Below, piece after piece: positions 41,904 to 51,009 of a DNA stretch of 64,000 nucleotides. Origin of the DNA: an uncultured delta proteobacterium (GTDB lineage: Bacteria; Myxococcota_A; Polyangia; Polyangiales; Polyangiaceae). Each line of letters starts with the position of its first letter. The first letter of the stretch is position 1. The notes beneath the pieces are model-generated. The model did no database searches. It was not told the DNA's origin and saw only the letters and a program-made list of their open reading frames with translations. Where the stretch lies: positions 139,873 through 203,872 of the forward strand of contig CAVQUB010000010.1 of assembly GCA_963716725.1 (NCBI GenBank), given 5' to 3'. A program made the translations under genes and the position numbers.

Positions 41904-41926
41904 TCGGCACGAGATCGCCTCGATGC

Positions 41927-43426
41927 TCACGAACCCCCGACCCCACCCTTGCTGGGGTGGTGCTCGTCGTAGAGCGATGGGTACGCGCACTTCGAGGCGG
42001 CGTTCACGATGCGGTAGCCGATGAGCGGGTCGGACTGGTCGTCGTGGTCGAACGAGTCGCTGTAGTCGAGGAACCCGAACCACAGCTCGTCCTGGTAGCG
42101 GAGGAGCTGGAGGTTTCGGGCGTCGAGACCCGGCGAGAGCGACGTGTCGCAAGTGTCGGTGCGCCAACACGACTCAAACGAGTGGGTGACCACCGGCCGC
42201 TGCTCCGCGAGTGCGTCGCCTTCGATTTCGAACGCGTCGATGTGCGCGTGGATCTTGCCCATCATCATCCACCCCTTCGAGGTTCGCGAAAGCACCCGCT
42301 GGCGCATGCCTCCCGCAGGCTCGGGGATGACAATTGCGGGGGTCTCGGGCACGAAGCCGTTGAGACGTTGCACGTAGCTGTCGTTGTCGATGTTCTGTCC
42401 CATCCAGCCCAGCACCACCTGCTCCCCGTCCAGAGCAACCGCGGGCCACCCGGAGAACTTCGACGACTCTGGCGGAACTCCCTGCGCTGCGACCGCCCTG
42501 GCGAAATACGGGTCGTCGGGAAAGAGCGGCGTCCCGTCCCGCAGGTGGCCGCTGAGGCTCACGCCGCTGCCTCCGGGGTAGGCGAACACCGTCGTGCCCG
42601 TCACGGGATCGGTCGCGACGGAGAATGCGTCTTGCACCACGGCGGAGGACGCGACGACGTCGGGCCCGGAGAGCAACGTGCCGTCCGGGGAGAGCCGAAC
42701 CAAGCGAATGCCCCAGTCTTGCAGGCCGGGGTTGCTGAGCCCGAAGTGCAACGCGAAGGCCTCGCCGTCCCAGGCGATCTCCCAGAGGAAGAGCTCCGAG
42801 GTCGGCCAGGGTGGAGTCCACACCGTTTGCTTCTCGGGTTGGTCGAGACGGGTGAGAAGGATCTTTTGGATTGGATCCGCGGCGAGTGATGGTCGGTACC
42901 CAATTCCAATGGCAGTTGTCCCGTCGGGCGAAACCGCCACGTCTGCAACTGCACCGCTCAAAACCCATGGCGAGATCCCTTCGGGGAATACGTCGTAGAT
43001 GGCGTGGCCAAAGGTCGCGCCGCTGGATCCGGGGAACGTAGTCAGGACCATGTGCGCCGTGAGTCGCTCGGAGTCGCTCGGGTCGACACTGTAGGCACTC
43101 CACACCATGTGGAGACCGGTCGCGTCCCTCCAGAACGGGTGCACGGGGAGATGGGTGCTCCTGATCGACACCGAGGCCCAGGTGCGTGTGGGCGGGAGCA
43201 TGGAGACACTCACCCTGTACTCCACGCAATCGCTGCTCGCCTCACCACCGGTTCCGCCCCCGCCTGCGTCGCACACGCAGGGCTCACCCGGCTCGGCGCC
43301 AGCTTCTTCGCCGTCGCTGCACCCGATCAGGCTCAGCGCAAGCAGCGCGACGTAGGCCCAGCGCGCGAGCCCGGCCGGGTCGTCGCAGGCGCGCGTTGCG
43401 CCACTCCCTGCCGCGGGTGGCTTCAA
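41927..43426 (-). CDS. Putative lipoprotein, beta-rich (propeller-like)
   Basis: Likely TTG start overlapping the upstream stop (TTGA) with a GAGGGG RBS. Lipobox SLIGC. Repeated strands EIAWDGEAFALHF / PAVALDGEQVVLGW. Confidence 0.7.
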   Translation of the reverse strand: MKPPAAGSGATRACDDPAGLARWAYVALLALSLIGCSDGEEAGAEPGEPCVCDAGGGGTGGEASSDCVEYRVSVSMLPPTRTWASVSIRSTHLPVHPFWRDATGLHMVWSAYSVDPSDSERLTAHMVLTTFPGSSGATFGHAIYDVFPEGISPWVLSGAVADVAVSPDGTTAIGIGYRPSLAADPIQKILLTRLDQPEKQTVWTPPWPTSELFLWEIAWDGEAFALHFGLSNPGLQDWGIRLVRLSPDGTLLSGPDVVASSAVVQDAFSVATDPVTGTTVFAYPGGSGVSLSGHLRDGTPLFPDDPYFARAVAAQGVPPESSKFSGWPAVALDGEQVVLGWMGQNIDNDSYVQRLNGFVPETPAIVIPEPAGGMRQRVLSRTSKGWMMMGKIHAHIDAFEIEGDALAEQRPVVTHSFESCWRTDTCDTSLSPGLDARNLQLLRYQDELWFGFLDYSDSFDHDDQSDPLIGYRIVNAASKCAYPSLYDEHHPSKGGVGGS

Positions 43427-46400
43427 AGCTCGAGCCCCTCGGCCTCGGCCCACGCCGCGAGAGTTCGCTCCAGCTCCAACGCTTCTTCAAGGGCCTCTCG
43501 CGCCTTGTGTTTGTTCGGAGTGTGCAGCAGCGCCCAGGCCTTGGTCTTCTCGGCGGCGATTTTGTTCAGTGAGATCAACGCTCCCAGCGCGCGCTTGTCG
43601 TGCTTCTGAGCCAAGAGCACCAGCATCTTCGACCTCGACTTGGCGACATGGATCAGCGAGCCCGCGATCAGCGCTCGCGCTGCGTGGTGCTCGCCGCCGT
43701 CGAGTCGGTCGAGAGCGCGCTCCTCGAGCGCGATCGCCTCGTCGACTTCGGCCTGGGCCGCGACCCGCAGAGGCAGCATGACGGGAGGGGACTCGTTACC
43801 CGCGCCGTCTTTCACCTTGACCCAGATCGCCGCTGCGGGTTGATCCGCCAGCGTCAGTGTGGGGCCAGAAGAAAACGGCTGCCAGGTCGCGCCCTCGAAG
43901 TCGGAGCGCAACGCGATCATCATCGACGGCGTTCCGGTGCTCGCGATCCCGTCGCATGCCGGTCCGTGACCGCGATGTCGACTTGGCTCGTCGGTGGCAG
44001 CGAGCCGCAGCTCCACTCGGCGCGTCCGCGTCCAGGTGCGCCCATCGGCGAGCTGGACGGTCACCTCCGGAGCGATTGGATCCCGCCGTGGGATCACGCA
44101 GGTGGGGGCGGACCAAGGGCCGACGTGTCCAGACACCGACACGCGGGTCCGGAAGCAGCTCGATTGGTCGTTCGGCGAGGCCAGCTCGATGGTCGTGGCG
44201 CCGGCCAGCGGCCGCTCCGCCATCACGGCGAACGGAGCGGTGCGCGTGGGCGCGTTCGCGACCATCAGCGTCGCCCCGGAGACGCCTGGCGGAGCCAGCG
44301 CGGTCACGATCACGGAGTCGTTGCACGCGGTGACCACTGGTTGGACGTCGAGCCGCACGTCGTCGCGGCCGTCGTGCGGATCCAGCCCGAGCGCGGCTTC
44401 CGAGCCATCGCTCTCGCCGCCGCCGTCGCTGTCCGGTTGCAGCGGATCGGTGTGAGCAACGAATTCTTCGTGACTGGGCAGTCCGTCGCCGTCCGGATCT
44501 GCCTCTCCGTCCGCGACGCCCGGGTTGGTGCCCTTCTGGAGCTCCCACCAATCCGGCATCCCGTCGCCATCGGTGTCCGCGCCGTCGTGCAGCGCGGTGA
44601 CGTGCCAGCGCTCGCGCTTGAAGGGGTGGCCGGCCGTCGAAAGACCGGTGGCCACCACCCGGATCCGATACACGCCGGCCTCGCTGCCGCCGAAATAGCG
44701 CGCTGCGTAGACCCCATCTCCCTCCCTCCCGTCCCCGTGGTCGCCATCGTCGAACAGCGTGAGCGACGCCAGTGCTCCGCTCGGGCTCTCGACCTCCGCC
44801 TTCACGAACACACCGGCCAGCGGCAGTGTCTCCAGCACCGCCGCGCGGAGCATCAAGTCGAGCCCGACCCAACTGCTGTTCTCCGTCGCGTCGGCGGTCG
44901 CTTCGATGGCTCGCTCGTGCGTCGGGTGCACGCGCGAGATGAGACTGATGGCCGCACCGCGCAGCGCTGCTTCGACGAAGGTGGAGGGTTGCCCGCCAGG
45001 CAGCGGCACGTACACCGGGGGAGCGGTGAATCCGGAATGCTCCCACTCCCAGGTCCACTGCCCGGCGGGCGGCAGAGCGACCTTGAAGACCGAGCCGGGC
45101 GTCTGCTGAACCGGCGGGATGGCGACCCCGTTCGGAGCGACGAGACGAAGTCGGGACGCGAGATCGACCGGATCGCCCAGGGTCGAGTACACGGAGACGA
45201 GCAGCTCCTTCGCTCCGGGCTCGACCTGGATCGGCGGCAGCTCGGTCGGATCGGGGGTCAGGGGTCGCGTCGCGAGCACGCGTTCGTGACCGCTCGCCCG
45301 GTTCATCGCGCTGCGGAACGCGTCTGCGAACTCCAGCCGGTGGAACGTCTCGAGGCTCGGGACGGCCACCGGCGGATCGTCATGGCTATAGGCGAACACC
45401 CCGCCACCGATCTCGGCGAGGTTCCCCAGCTCGACCGTGTCCGCGTCTGCTCCAATTGCGATCGCCGATACGATCGGGACTCGTTGTTTTGCGGCCTTGC
45501 GCTTCCAGTAGGCCAAGTTCCCACTGAACCACGGCAGGTTGTCGCTCGGGTCGGGATCCGTGTCACCGGATGGCAGCATCGAACCGTCCGTGTTCGCTTC
45601 GGGCTCGAAGTCCTGGAGATAGTACCGGCGTGGCTCCCAGCCCGCGTTGTTCTTCCCATCCGAGAGCACGCTCATGTGCAGCAACACGTCGGTGGGGGGC
45701 GCGCTGCCGTACGCGAGCGCTAGGTTGGACTGCGCCTCGAGGACGCCGTCGCCGATGGACGTCCAGCCGGGAGGAGCCGTGATCAGATCGACCGCGGCGT
45801 TGAAGACGCCACGCCCGAGGGGCGTCATCTTCAGGTAGGGCACGCTCATTCCCCCGATCAGGGTCTGGGCGTCGTTGTTGAAGGTGACGAGCCCCACTTC
45901 GTCGCTCACGGTCATCGCTTCACCCAGCAGCTTGGCGGCGTCTTTCATCGCCTGCAGCTTGCCCAGCGAGTTCATGCTGCCGCTTTTGTCGAGCACGAAC
46001 TGGGTCACGAGTCGCGTGCTCGCGTTCATGGCCAGCGCACCGCTCTCGGTGTCCGAGACGATCCCGATCCCGAACTCTTCCGCGGACACGACCAGATCCA
46101 AGGCGCCCGGCAGCGTAGACGGATAGAACGCCGGCGGCACTTCGCCGAGCGCCCAGTAGAGTCCCGAGCCCAGGTTGGTGATGGTGAAGTCCGTGCCGTT
46201 CACCAGCGCGCAGGCCGGCGCCTTCGGGCCCGCGCACCCCGGCGTTCGGAGCTTGAAATTGCTGGGAGCCAAGCCGCTCAGCGGCTCGTTGTTCTCGTCA
46301 CGAACCACGAACTGCGCCACGAACGACCGCGGGGCCTGGGGATCTCCGATCTGGGCCGGTCGCACCGAGAGCGGATCGAGGATCTCGAGTCGCGGATCGA

Positions 46401-48468
46401 CCTCGCCGATCAGCCACTTGAACGACGCGGCCTTGCGCCCGGCGCTCGCCAGCACGAGCACCTCGTCGTAGGTCCCCACCGGGACCGGGATGTCGAACGT
46501 GCCCGTCGCGTCGAGGGGACACATGCCCGTCTTAGCCGGCTTCTTGCCGTCGGGGTCGATGTTGCAGCCCTCGACGATCATCGGGACGCCGTCCGTCTTG
46601 ACCAGAAACAGGCGGAAGCGCGGCTGGGTGGACTTGGTCGCGATCAATCGTACGCGCGCCAGACCCAGACCCTTGCCGGGATGGAACGACAGCAGCGTCG
46701 TTCCAAACGGCTGCAGGGTGATCTCGCTGTCGCTGGCGAAGCCTTGCCCGGGCAAGAGCGATACGCGCGAGGGAGTGCACTTGTTCCCGGTGCATACGGC
46801 GTAGTTGTCCAGCTCGCGTTTGGCGCGGCGCAGGTAGTCCTTGCCGATCCCCACCAGATCGCCGGGGACCTCGAGCTTGCCGCCGGCCGCGGCTTTCCAC
46901 GTGGACAGCGGCGGTTCGGGCTTCGGCGTCTTGGGCACGAGGGCGCTCCCCGCCCCCGCGTTCGCGTCGCCCACCCACTGGAAGAACCAGCGCAGATCGT
47001 CGGTCGAGTAGTCCTTCAGCAGCGCGGCGGTGTGCAGGTCGAGGATCACGGCTTCCAGACCGCGGCCAAGCTCCTTGGTGAGCACGGCGTCCACCACGTC
47101 GAGGGCCGGCTTCGCGGGCGCAGCCTTGAGGCCCTGAAATACGTGCCCGAGGAAGTCGGCGCCCTCGTCGGAGCGGCGGAAGCCGAGGGCCTTGAACGGG
47201 TCGGCCAGGATTGCCGACTCGCTCGACGCCGGGTGCGCGGCGGTGCCTGTGGGCATCGAATATTGCTCGATCGCGTAGCGCCAGAACACGCTGCCGACGT
47301 AGCTCCAGTTCACCGGATCGCTGTTCGGCGTCAGCAGCCAGTGATTGGTGTTCCCGACGCTGCCGATGGTGTTCTCACCGAGCTTGCGCGACGACACGCA
47401 CTGCTCCGGCTTCACGCCGGGGTAGTTGAACAGACACATGAAGGCGTCCACGCCGACCGGCGCCGTTTCGGCGAAGGAGACGTCGAACTGCTGGGTCGTC
47501 CCGTACGCCCGCTGCCATGCACCCTGCAAGTTGTGGAAGAACTCGTGCCCCATGAAGGCGAGCTGCACGCCTGCAGCGACAGACAGGTTTTGGACTCCGG
47601 AGAGATCGGTCCTGAGGAAGAACTGTCCGAGCCCTCCGTGGGCGGCACCGTCGTCGGCGAACGCCCAGACCAACGTCGGGCAGTATGACCCGCTGCACGC
47701 CTTGCTCGAGCCGTTGGCCCAGACCGGGGGCGTGATCTTGGGGGATGGCAAGGACGGAAAGAGCCCTGACTCTTGCCAATCTGCGATGCCGGGCATCCGC
47801 TCCACCACGAACTTAGTGCCCGCCGCGTCCACACACGCCTGCGTCGCGTTGGCGCCGCTCTTGTTGCCCTGCGTGCAGACGTCCCCAAGGAGCCCGCCGA
47901 ACGGATCCTTCACCGTGCTCGGCACGGCCAGCACCTTGAACTTCGGCACGCCGTCCAAGGGCTGTGCGACCGGACACCAGCCGCCGACGTTGAGCGCGCT
48001 GAGCGTGCTCTCTTCGTTGACCTTGAGGAACAGGAACGTGCCGGCATTGTTCGCGTCGTCCCAGTCGAAAGGGAGCCCCGGGGTCTGCTCTGTCGCTCCG
48101 GGCACGCTGAACGACTTGACCCACGTCGCGTTTGCCGGCTTGCCGCCGGGCTTGGCCGTGTCGTCGAAGACCAACCAGTCGAGATCCGGTACCGACTCCG
48201 ACGCGGGACACTTGACCTTGCCGCTCGGGGACACGCGACAGATCTCGAGCCGGGTGGTCGCCTGCAGGGCGGCTGCCTTGTCCGGATCATCGGCGGCGCT
48301 GCGGGTCACCCAGCCGTACTGGATGCGCACGCTCCGCTGCGCCGCCGTCGCCCCGAGCACTCCGGTTCCGCTTTGTGGCGACGCGACGCCGATGCAGCGC
48401 GACACCTGCGCCCGCAGCGGCTCGGCCGCGCTCACCGGCGCCGCCCAGAGCGCAAAACCAAGAGCCAC
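43423..48468 (-). CDS. Giant secreted HEXXH metallopeptidase-like / VWA / Ca-binding repeat protein with CLCA-like C-terminal architecture
   Basis: 1681 aa. Signal-peptide end ..WAAPVSA, GHEFFHNLQ, FVLDKSGSM..TSIGDG..LSDGKNN, LFDDGDHGDGREGDGVYAARYF, DTDGDGMPDWWE/DPDGDG/DSDGGG repeats. The true start may be GTG 48541 with a one-base error near 48503. Confidence 0.82.
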   Translation of the reverse strand: MALGFALWAAPVSAAEPLRAQVSRCIGVASPQSGTGVLGATAAQRSVRIQYGWVTRSAADDPDKAAALQATTRLEICRVSPSGKVKCPASESVPDLDWLVFDDTAKPGGKPANATWVKSFSVPGATEQTPGLPFDWDDANNAGTFLFLKVNEESTLSALNVGGWCPVAQPLDGVPKFKVLAVPSTVKDPFGGLLGDVCTQGNKSGANATQACVDAAGTKFVVERMPGIADWQESGLFPSLPSPKITPPVWANGSSKACSGSYCPTLVWAFADDGAAHGGLGQFFLRTDLSGVQNLSVAAGVQLAFMGHEFFHNLQGAWQRAYGTTQQFDVSFAETAPVGVDAFMCLFNYPGVKPEQCVSSRKLGENTIGSVGNTNHWLLTPNSDPVNWSYVGSVFWRYAIEQYSMPTGTAAHPASSESAILADPFKALGFRRSDEGADFLGHVFQGLKAAPAKPALDVVDAVLTKELGRGLEAVILDLHTAALLKDYSTDDLRWFFQWVGDANAGAGSALVPKTPKPEPPLSTWKAAAGGKLEVPGDLVGIGKDYLRRAKRELDNYAVCTGNKCTPSRVSLLPGQGFASDSEITLQPFGTTLLSFHPGKGLGLARVRLIATKSTQPRFRLFLVKTDGVPMIVEGCNIDPDGKKPAKTGMCPLDATGTFDIPVPVGTYDEVLVLASAGRKAASFKWLIGEVDPRLEILDPLSVRPAQIGDPQAPRSFVAQFVVRDENNEPLSGLAPSNFKLRTPGCAGPKAPACALVNGTDFTITNLGSGLYWALGEVPPAFYPSTLPGALDLVVSAEEFGIGIVSDTESGALAMNASTRLVTQFVLDKSGSMNSLGKLQAMKDAAKLLGEAMTVSDEVGLVTFNNDAQTLIGGMSVPYLKMTPLGRGVFNAAVDLITAPPGWTSIGDGVLEAQSNLALAYGSAPPTDVLLHMSVLSDGKNNAGWEPRRYYLQDFEPEANTDGSMLPSGDTDPDPSDNLPWFSGNLAYWKRKAAKQRVPIVSAIAIGADADTVELGNLAEIGGGVFAYSHDDPPVAVPSLETFHRLEFADAFRSAMNRASGHERVLATRPLTPDPTELPPIQVEPGAKELLVSVYSTLGDPVDLASRLRLVAPNGVAIPPVQQTPGSVFKVALPPAGQWTWEWEHSGFTAPPVYVPLPGGQPSTFVEAALRGAAISLISRVHPTHERAIEATADATENSSWVGLDLMLRAAVLETLPLAGVFVKAEVESPSGALASLTLFDDGDHGDGREGDGVYAARYFGGSEAGVYRIRVVATGLSTAGHPFKRERWHVTALHDGADTDGDGMPDWWELQKGTNPGVADGEADPDGDGLPSHEEFVAHTDPLQPDSDGGGESDGSEAALGLDPHDGRDDVRLDVQPVVTACNDSVIVTALAPPGVSGATLMVANAPTRTAPFAVMAERPLAGATTIELASPNDQSSCFRTRVSVSGHVGPWSAPTCVIPRRDPIAPEVTVQLADGRTWTRTRRVELRLAATDEPSRHRGHGPACDGIASTGTPSMMIALRSDFEGATWQPFSSGPTLTLADQPAAAIWVKVKDGAGNESPPVMLPLRVAAQAEVDEAIALEERALDRLDGGEHHAARALIAGSLIHVAKSRSKMLVLLAQKHDKRALGALISLNKIAAEKTKAWALLHTPNKHKAREALEEALELERTLAAWAEAEGLEL

Positions 48469-48587
48469 CGCGATCGCGGCTGTCGAGCTGCCGGCGTTGA
48501 GGCCCGACGAGCGCGAGCCGCCGCGGCTGCGAGTCCGCCACGAACGGTCAAGCCACCGCGCACCGGCAACACGGCACGAAACGTGCT

Positions 48588-48606
48588 CTGCCTGCCTGCC
48601 TGCCTG
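48588..48606. repeat. (CTGC) x 4.75 microsatellite upstream of the island genes
   Basis: ctgcctgcctgcctgcctg, adjacent to the palindrome GCACG-AAA-CGTGC (48574-48586). Confidence 0.8.
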
Positions 48607-48729
48607 AGTTCACCCCTTGCTCCCCCTCCATCACGCCACCTCCACCTGTGATGCGACCAGAGTCGAATCATTCGGTCAAGGCGTCGTGGGCAGACGCGCG
48701 CGAGCGGCAGAAAACGGCTCGCGACCTGG

Positions 48730-49066
48730 CCCGACGTGCGCTTCCGCCGTTTCGCCGTCGATGACCACGGACGGCTCTGGCTGCGCGACCTGATGGACGC
48801 AGAGCGCGCCGCCGACGCGGCGGAGCACAACACTCGGCTCGCCCTCGAGTTCTGTTTCGATGTGCTGACGCGAGTGCCGCGCCTGGCGCTCTCGAGCGCC
48901 AGCGAAGCGAGCCTGCGCGGGGCGACCGACACCGTCGCGCTCGCGCGGGCCCTGGAAGCGCTCGCCTGATCGGCGCGCCTACTCCGAGTCGGTCAGGTAG
49001 GTGTAGCTGCGGAGCGCCTGCTCGTAGTGCTGCATGAGCGTGCGCATCTGCTCGTTGGTCAGGCGT
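48730..49066. repeat. 337-bp direct repeat, right copy (truncated remnant of the 40157..41806 3' end plus the functional speA 3' end)
   Basis: ORF 48736..48969 repeats the last 77 aa of 40157..41806 with one E/A change. Confidence 0.95.
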
Positions 49067-50890
49067 CCGCTCTGGACCGCGCGCTCGGCTTGCTTGCGCA
49101 CCGCCTCGACCATGCCCTCCGGCTGATACTCCACGTAGCGCAGCACGTCGGCGATGCTGTCGCCCTTGACCACGTGCCGAACCTCGTAGCCCTCTTCGGT
49201 GAGGCGCACGTGCACGGCGTTGGTGTCACCGAAGAGATTGTGCAAGTCCCCGAGGATCTCTTGGTATGCGCCGTTCAGGAACATGGCCATGAAGTAGGGC
49301 TCGTCCGGCCGGTAGTCGTGGACCTCGAGCACCTGCTTGTCCTCCTCGACGTCGATGAAGCGATCGATCATGCCGTCGCTGTCGCAGGTGAGATCGGCCA
49401 AGCGAGCGGTCACCGTCCGGCTGCTCGTCGAGCCGGTGGATGGGCATGATCGGAAAGAGCTGATCGATGGCCCAGATGTCCGGCGCCGACTGGAACAGGC
49501 TGAAGTTGCAGTAGTAGATGCTGCTCATCGTGCGGTCGAGATCCCAGAGCTCTTCGGGCACGAACTTGAGCTTCTTGACCTTGCTCTGGATCTTCTCGCA
49601 GCAGTTCCAGAATAGGCGTTCGGCGCCGGCGCGCTCGCGCAGGCTGAGGTAGCCGTACTTGAACAGGTTCTGCGCTTCTTCTTTGGCCTGCGTCGCGTCG
49701 TGCCAGGACTCTTGGACGTTCTTTGCGCTGATGCCCTTGTAGGTCTCGTAGAGATCCTTGAGCAGCCGGTGGGCTTCGGGCTTGGGCTCCACCGGGGCGC
49801 CAAAGCGCACCTCGTTCACGCCCACCACCTCGAAGACCAGCATCGAATGGTGCGCGGCGACGGCCCGCCCGCTCTCGCTCACCAGCGTCGGGCACTCGAC
49901 GTCGGACTTGTTGCAGGCGGCCTGGACGTGGGCGACCACGTCGGCGGCGTACTCCTCGAGGGTGTAGTTCCTCGAAGCGTGGAAGTCCGTCTTCGATCCG
50001 TCGTAGTCGATGGCGAGGCCGCCGCCCACGTCGAGGTAGCCCATCTTGCAGCCCATCTTCGCCAGCTCGGTGTAGATGTTCGCGGCCTCTTGGATCGCGT
50101 TCTTGATCGGGATGATGCTGGAGATCTGGCTGCCGATGTGGAAGTGCAGGAGCTGCAGGCAGTCGAGCATGTCCTTGGCGGCCAGGCGGTCCACCAGCTC
50201 GACGATCTCGGTCATGGTCAGGCCGAACTTCGCGCGGTCTCCCGCCGAGTTCGCCCAGCGCCCGACGCCCTTGGCGCTGAGCTTGCTGCGCACGCCGAGC
50301 AGGGGCCGGATCCCCAGCTTCTCCGTGGCACGGAACACGTGGTCGAGCTCTTCGATGCGCTCGAGCACGACGATCACCTGCTTGTCGAACTTCTGCGCGA
50401 CCAGCGCGGTCTCGATGTAGTGCAGGTCCTTGTAGCCGTTGCAGATGATCAGGCCGCCGACGTCCTGCATTGCCGCCAGGGCGATCAAGAGTTCGGGCTT
50501 GCTGCCGGCTTCGAGCCCGAATTGCCACGGGCGTCCGAACTCGACGACGTCTTCGATCAAGTGCCGTTGCTGGTTCACCTTGACCGGGAACACGCCGCGA
50601 TAGATGCCTGGGTACTCGTACTCGACGATGGCGCGCTCGAAGGCCTCGTTGATGTGCTTGATGCGGTGTTCGACGATGTCGCTGAAGCGGATGAGCAGCG
50701 GCAGGTCGAGCCCACGAGCCTCGAGGTGCTGCACCAACTCGAACAGGTTGATGTTGCGGGGCCGGGTCGGATCCGGCGCGACCTGCACATGACCCTCGTC
50801 GCTCACGCTGAAGTAGGGCAGACCCCAACCTTGGATTTGGTAGAGTTGCGCGCTCTTCTGCGGGCTCCAGGGCTCTCCGTTTTCGACCAT
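48979..50890 (-). CDS. speA: Biosynthetic arginine decarboxylase; apparent frameshift near 49415
   Basis: FPVKVNQ (PLP Lys), GLEAGSKPEL, CNGYKD, LHFHIGSQI, DVGGGL.IDYDG, SESGRA, NFSLFQS.PD.WAIDQLFP, then DLTCDSDG and GAYQEILGDLHNLFG in a second frame. Confidence 0.93.
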
Positions 50891-51009
50891 CTCGTTCAAC
50901 TTGCCTCCCGGGCGGCGTCGACACGCTCGTGACCACTTTCGTTCGCCGGACGAGCAGGCGAAGCAAACGTCGGAATCGGGCGCATCGCAAGCGATAATCC
51001 GGCGGCGGG

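Larger units (their letters stand above)
41904..48729. mobile_element. 6.8-kb inserted island flanked by 337-bp direct repeats; no integrase or transposase inside
   Basis: The flanking repeats duplicate a convergent-gene junction. There are only two cargo genes, with locally more A/T-rich sequence (e.g. 42840-42990). Confidence 0.7.

Noticed and set aside
48736..48969. 77-aa ORF as an independent gene
   Set aside because: It is the duplicated 3' remnant of 40157..41806 inside the right direct repeat.
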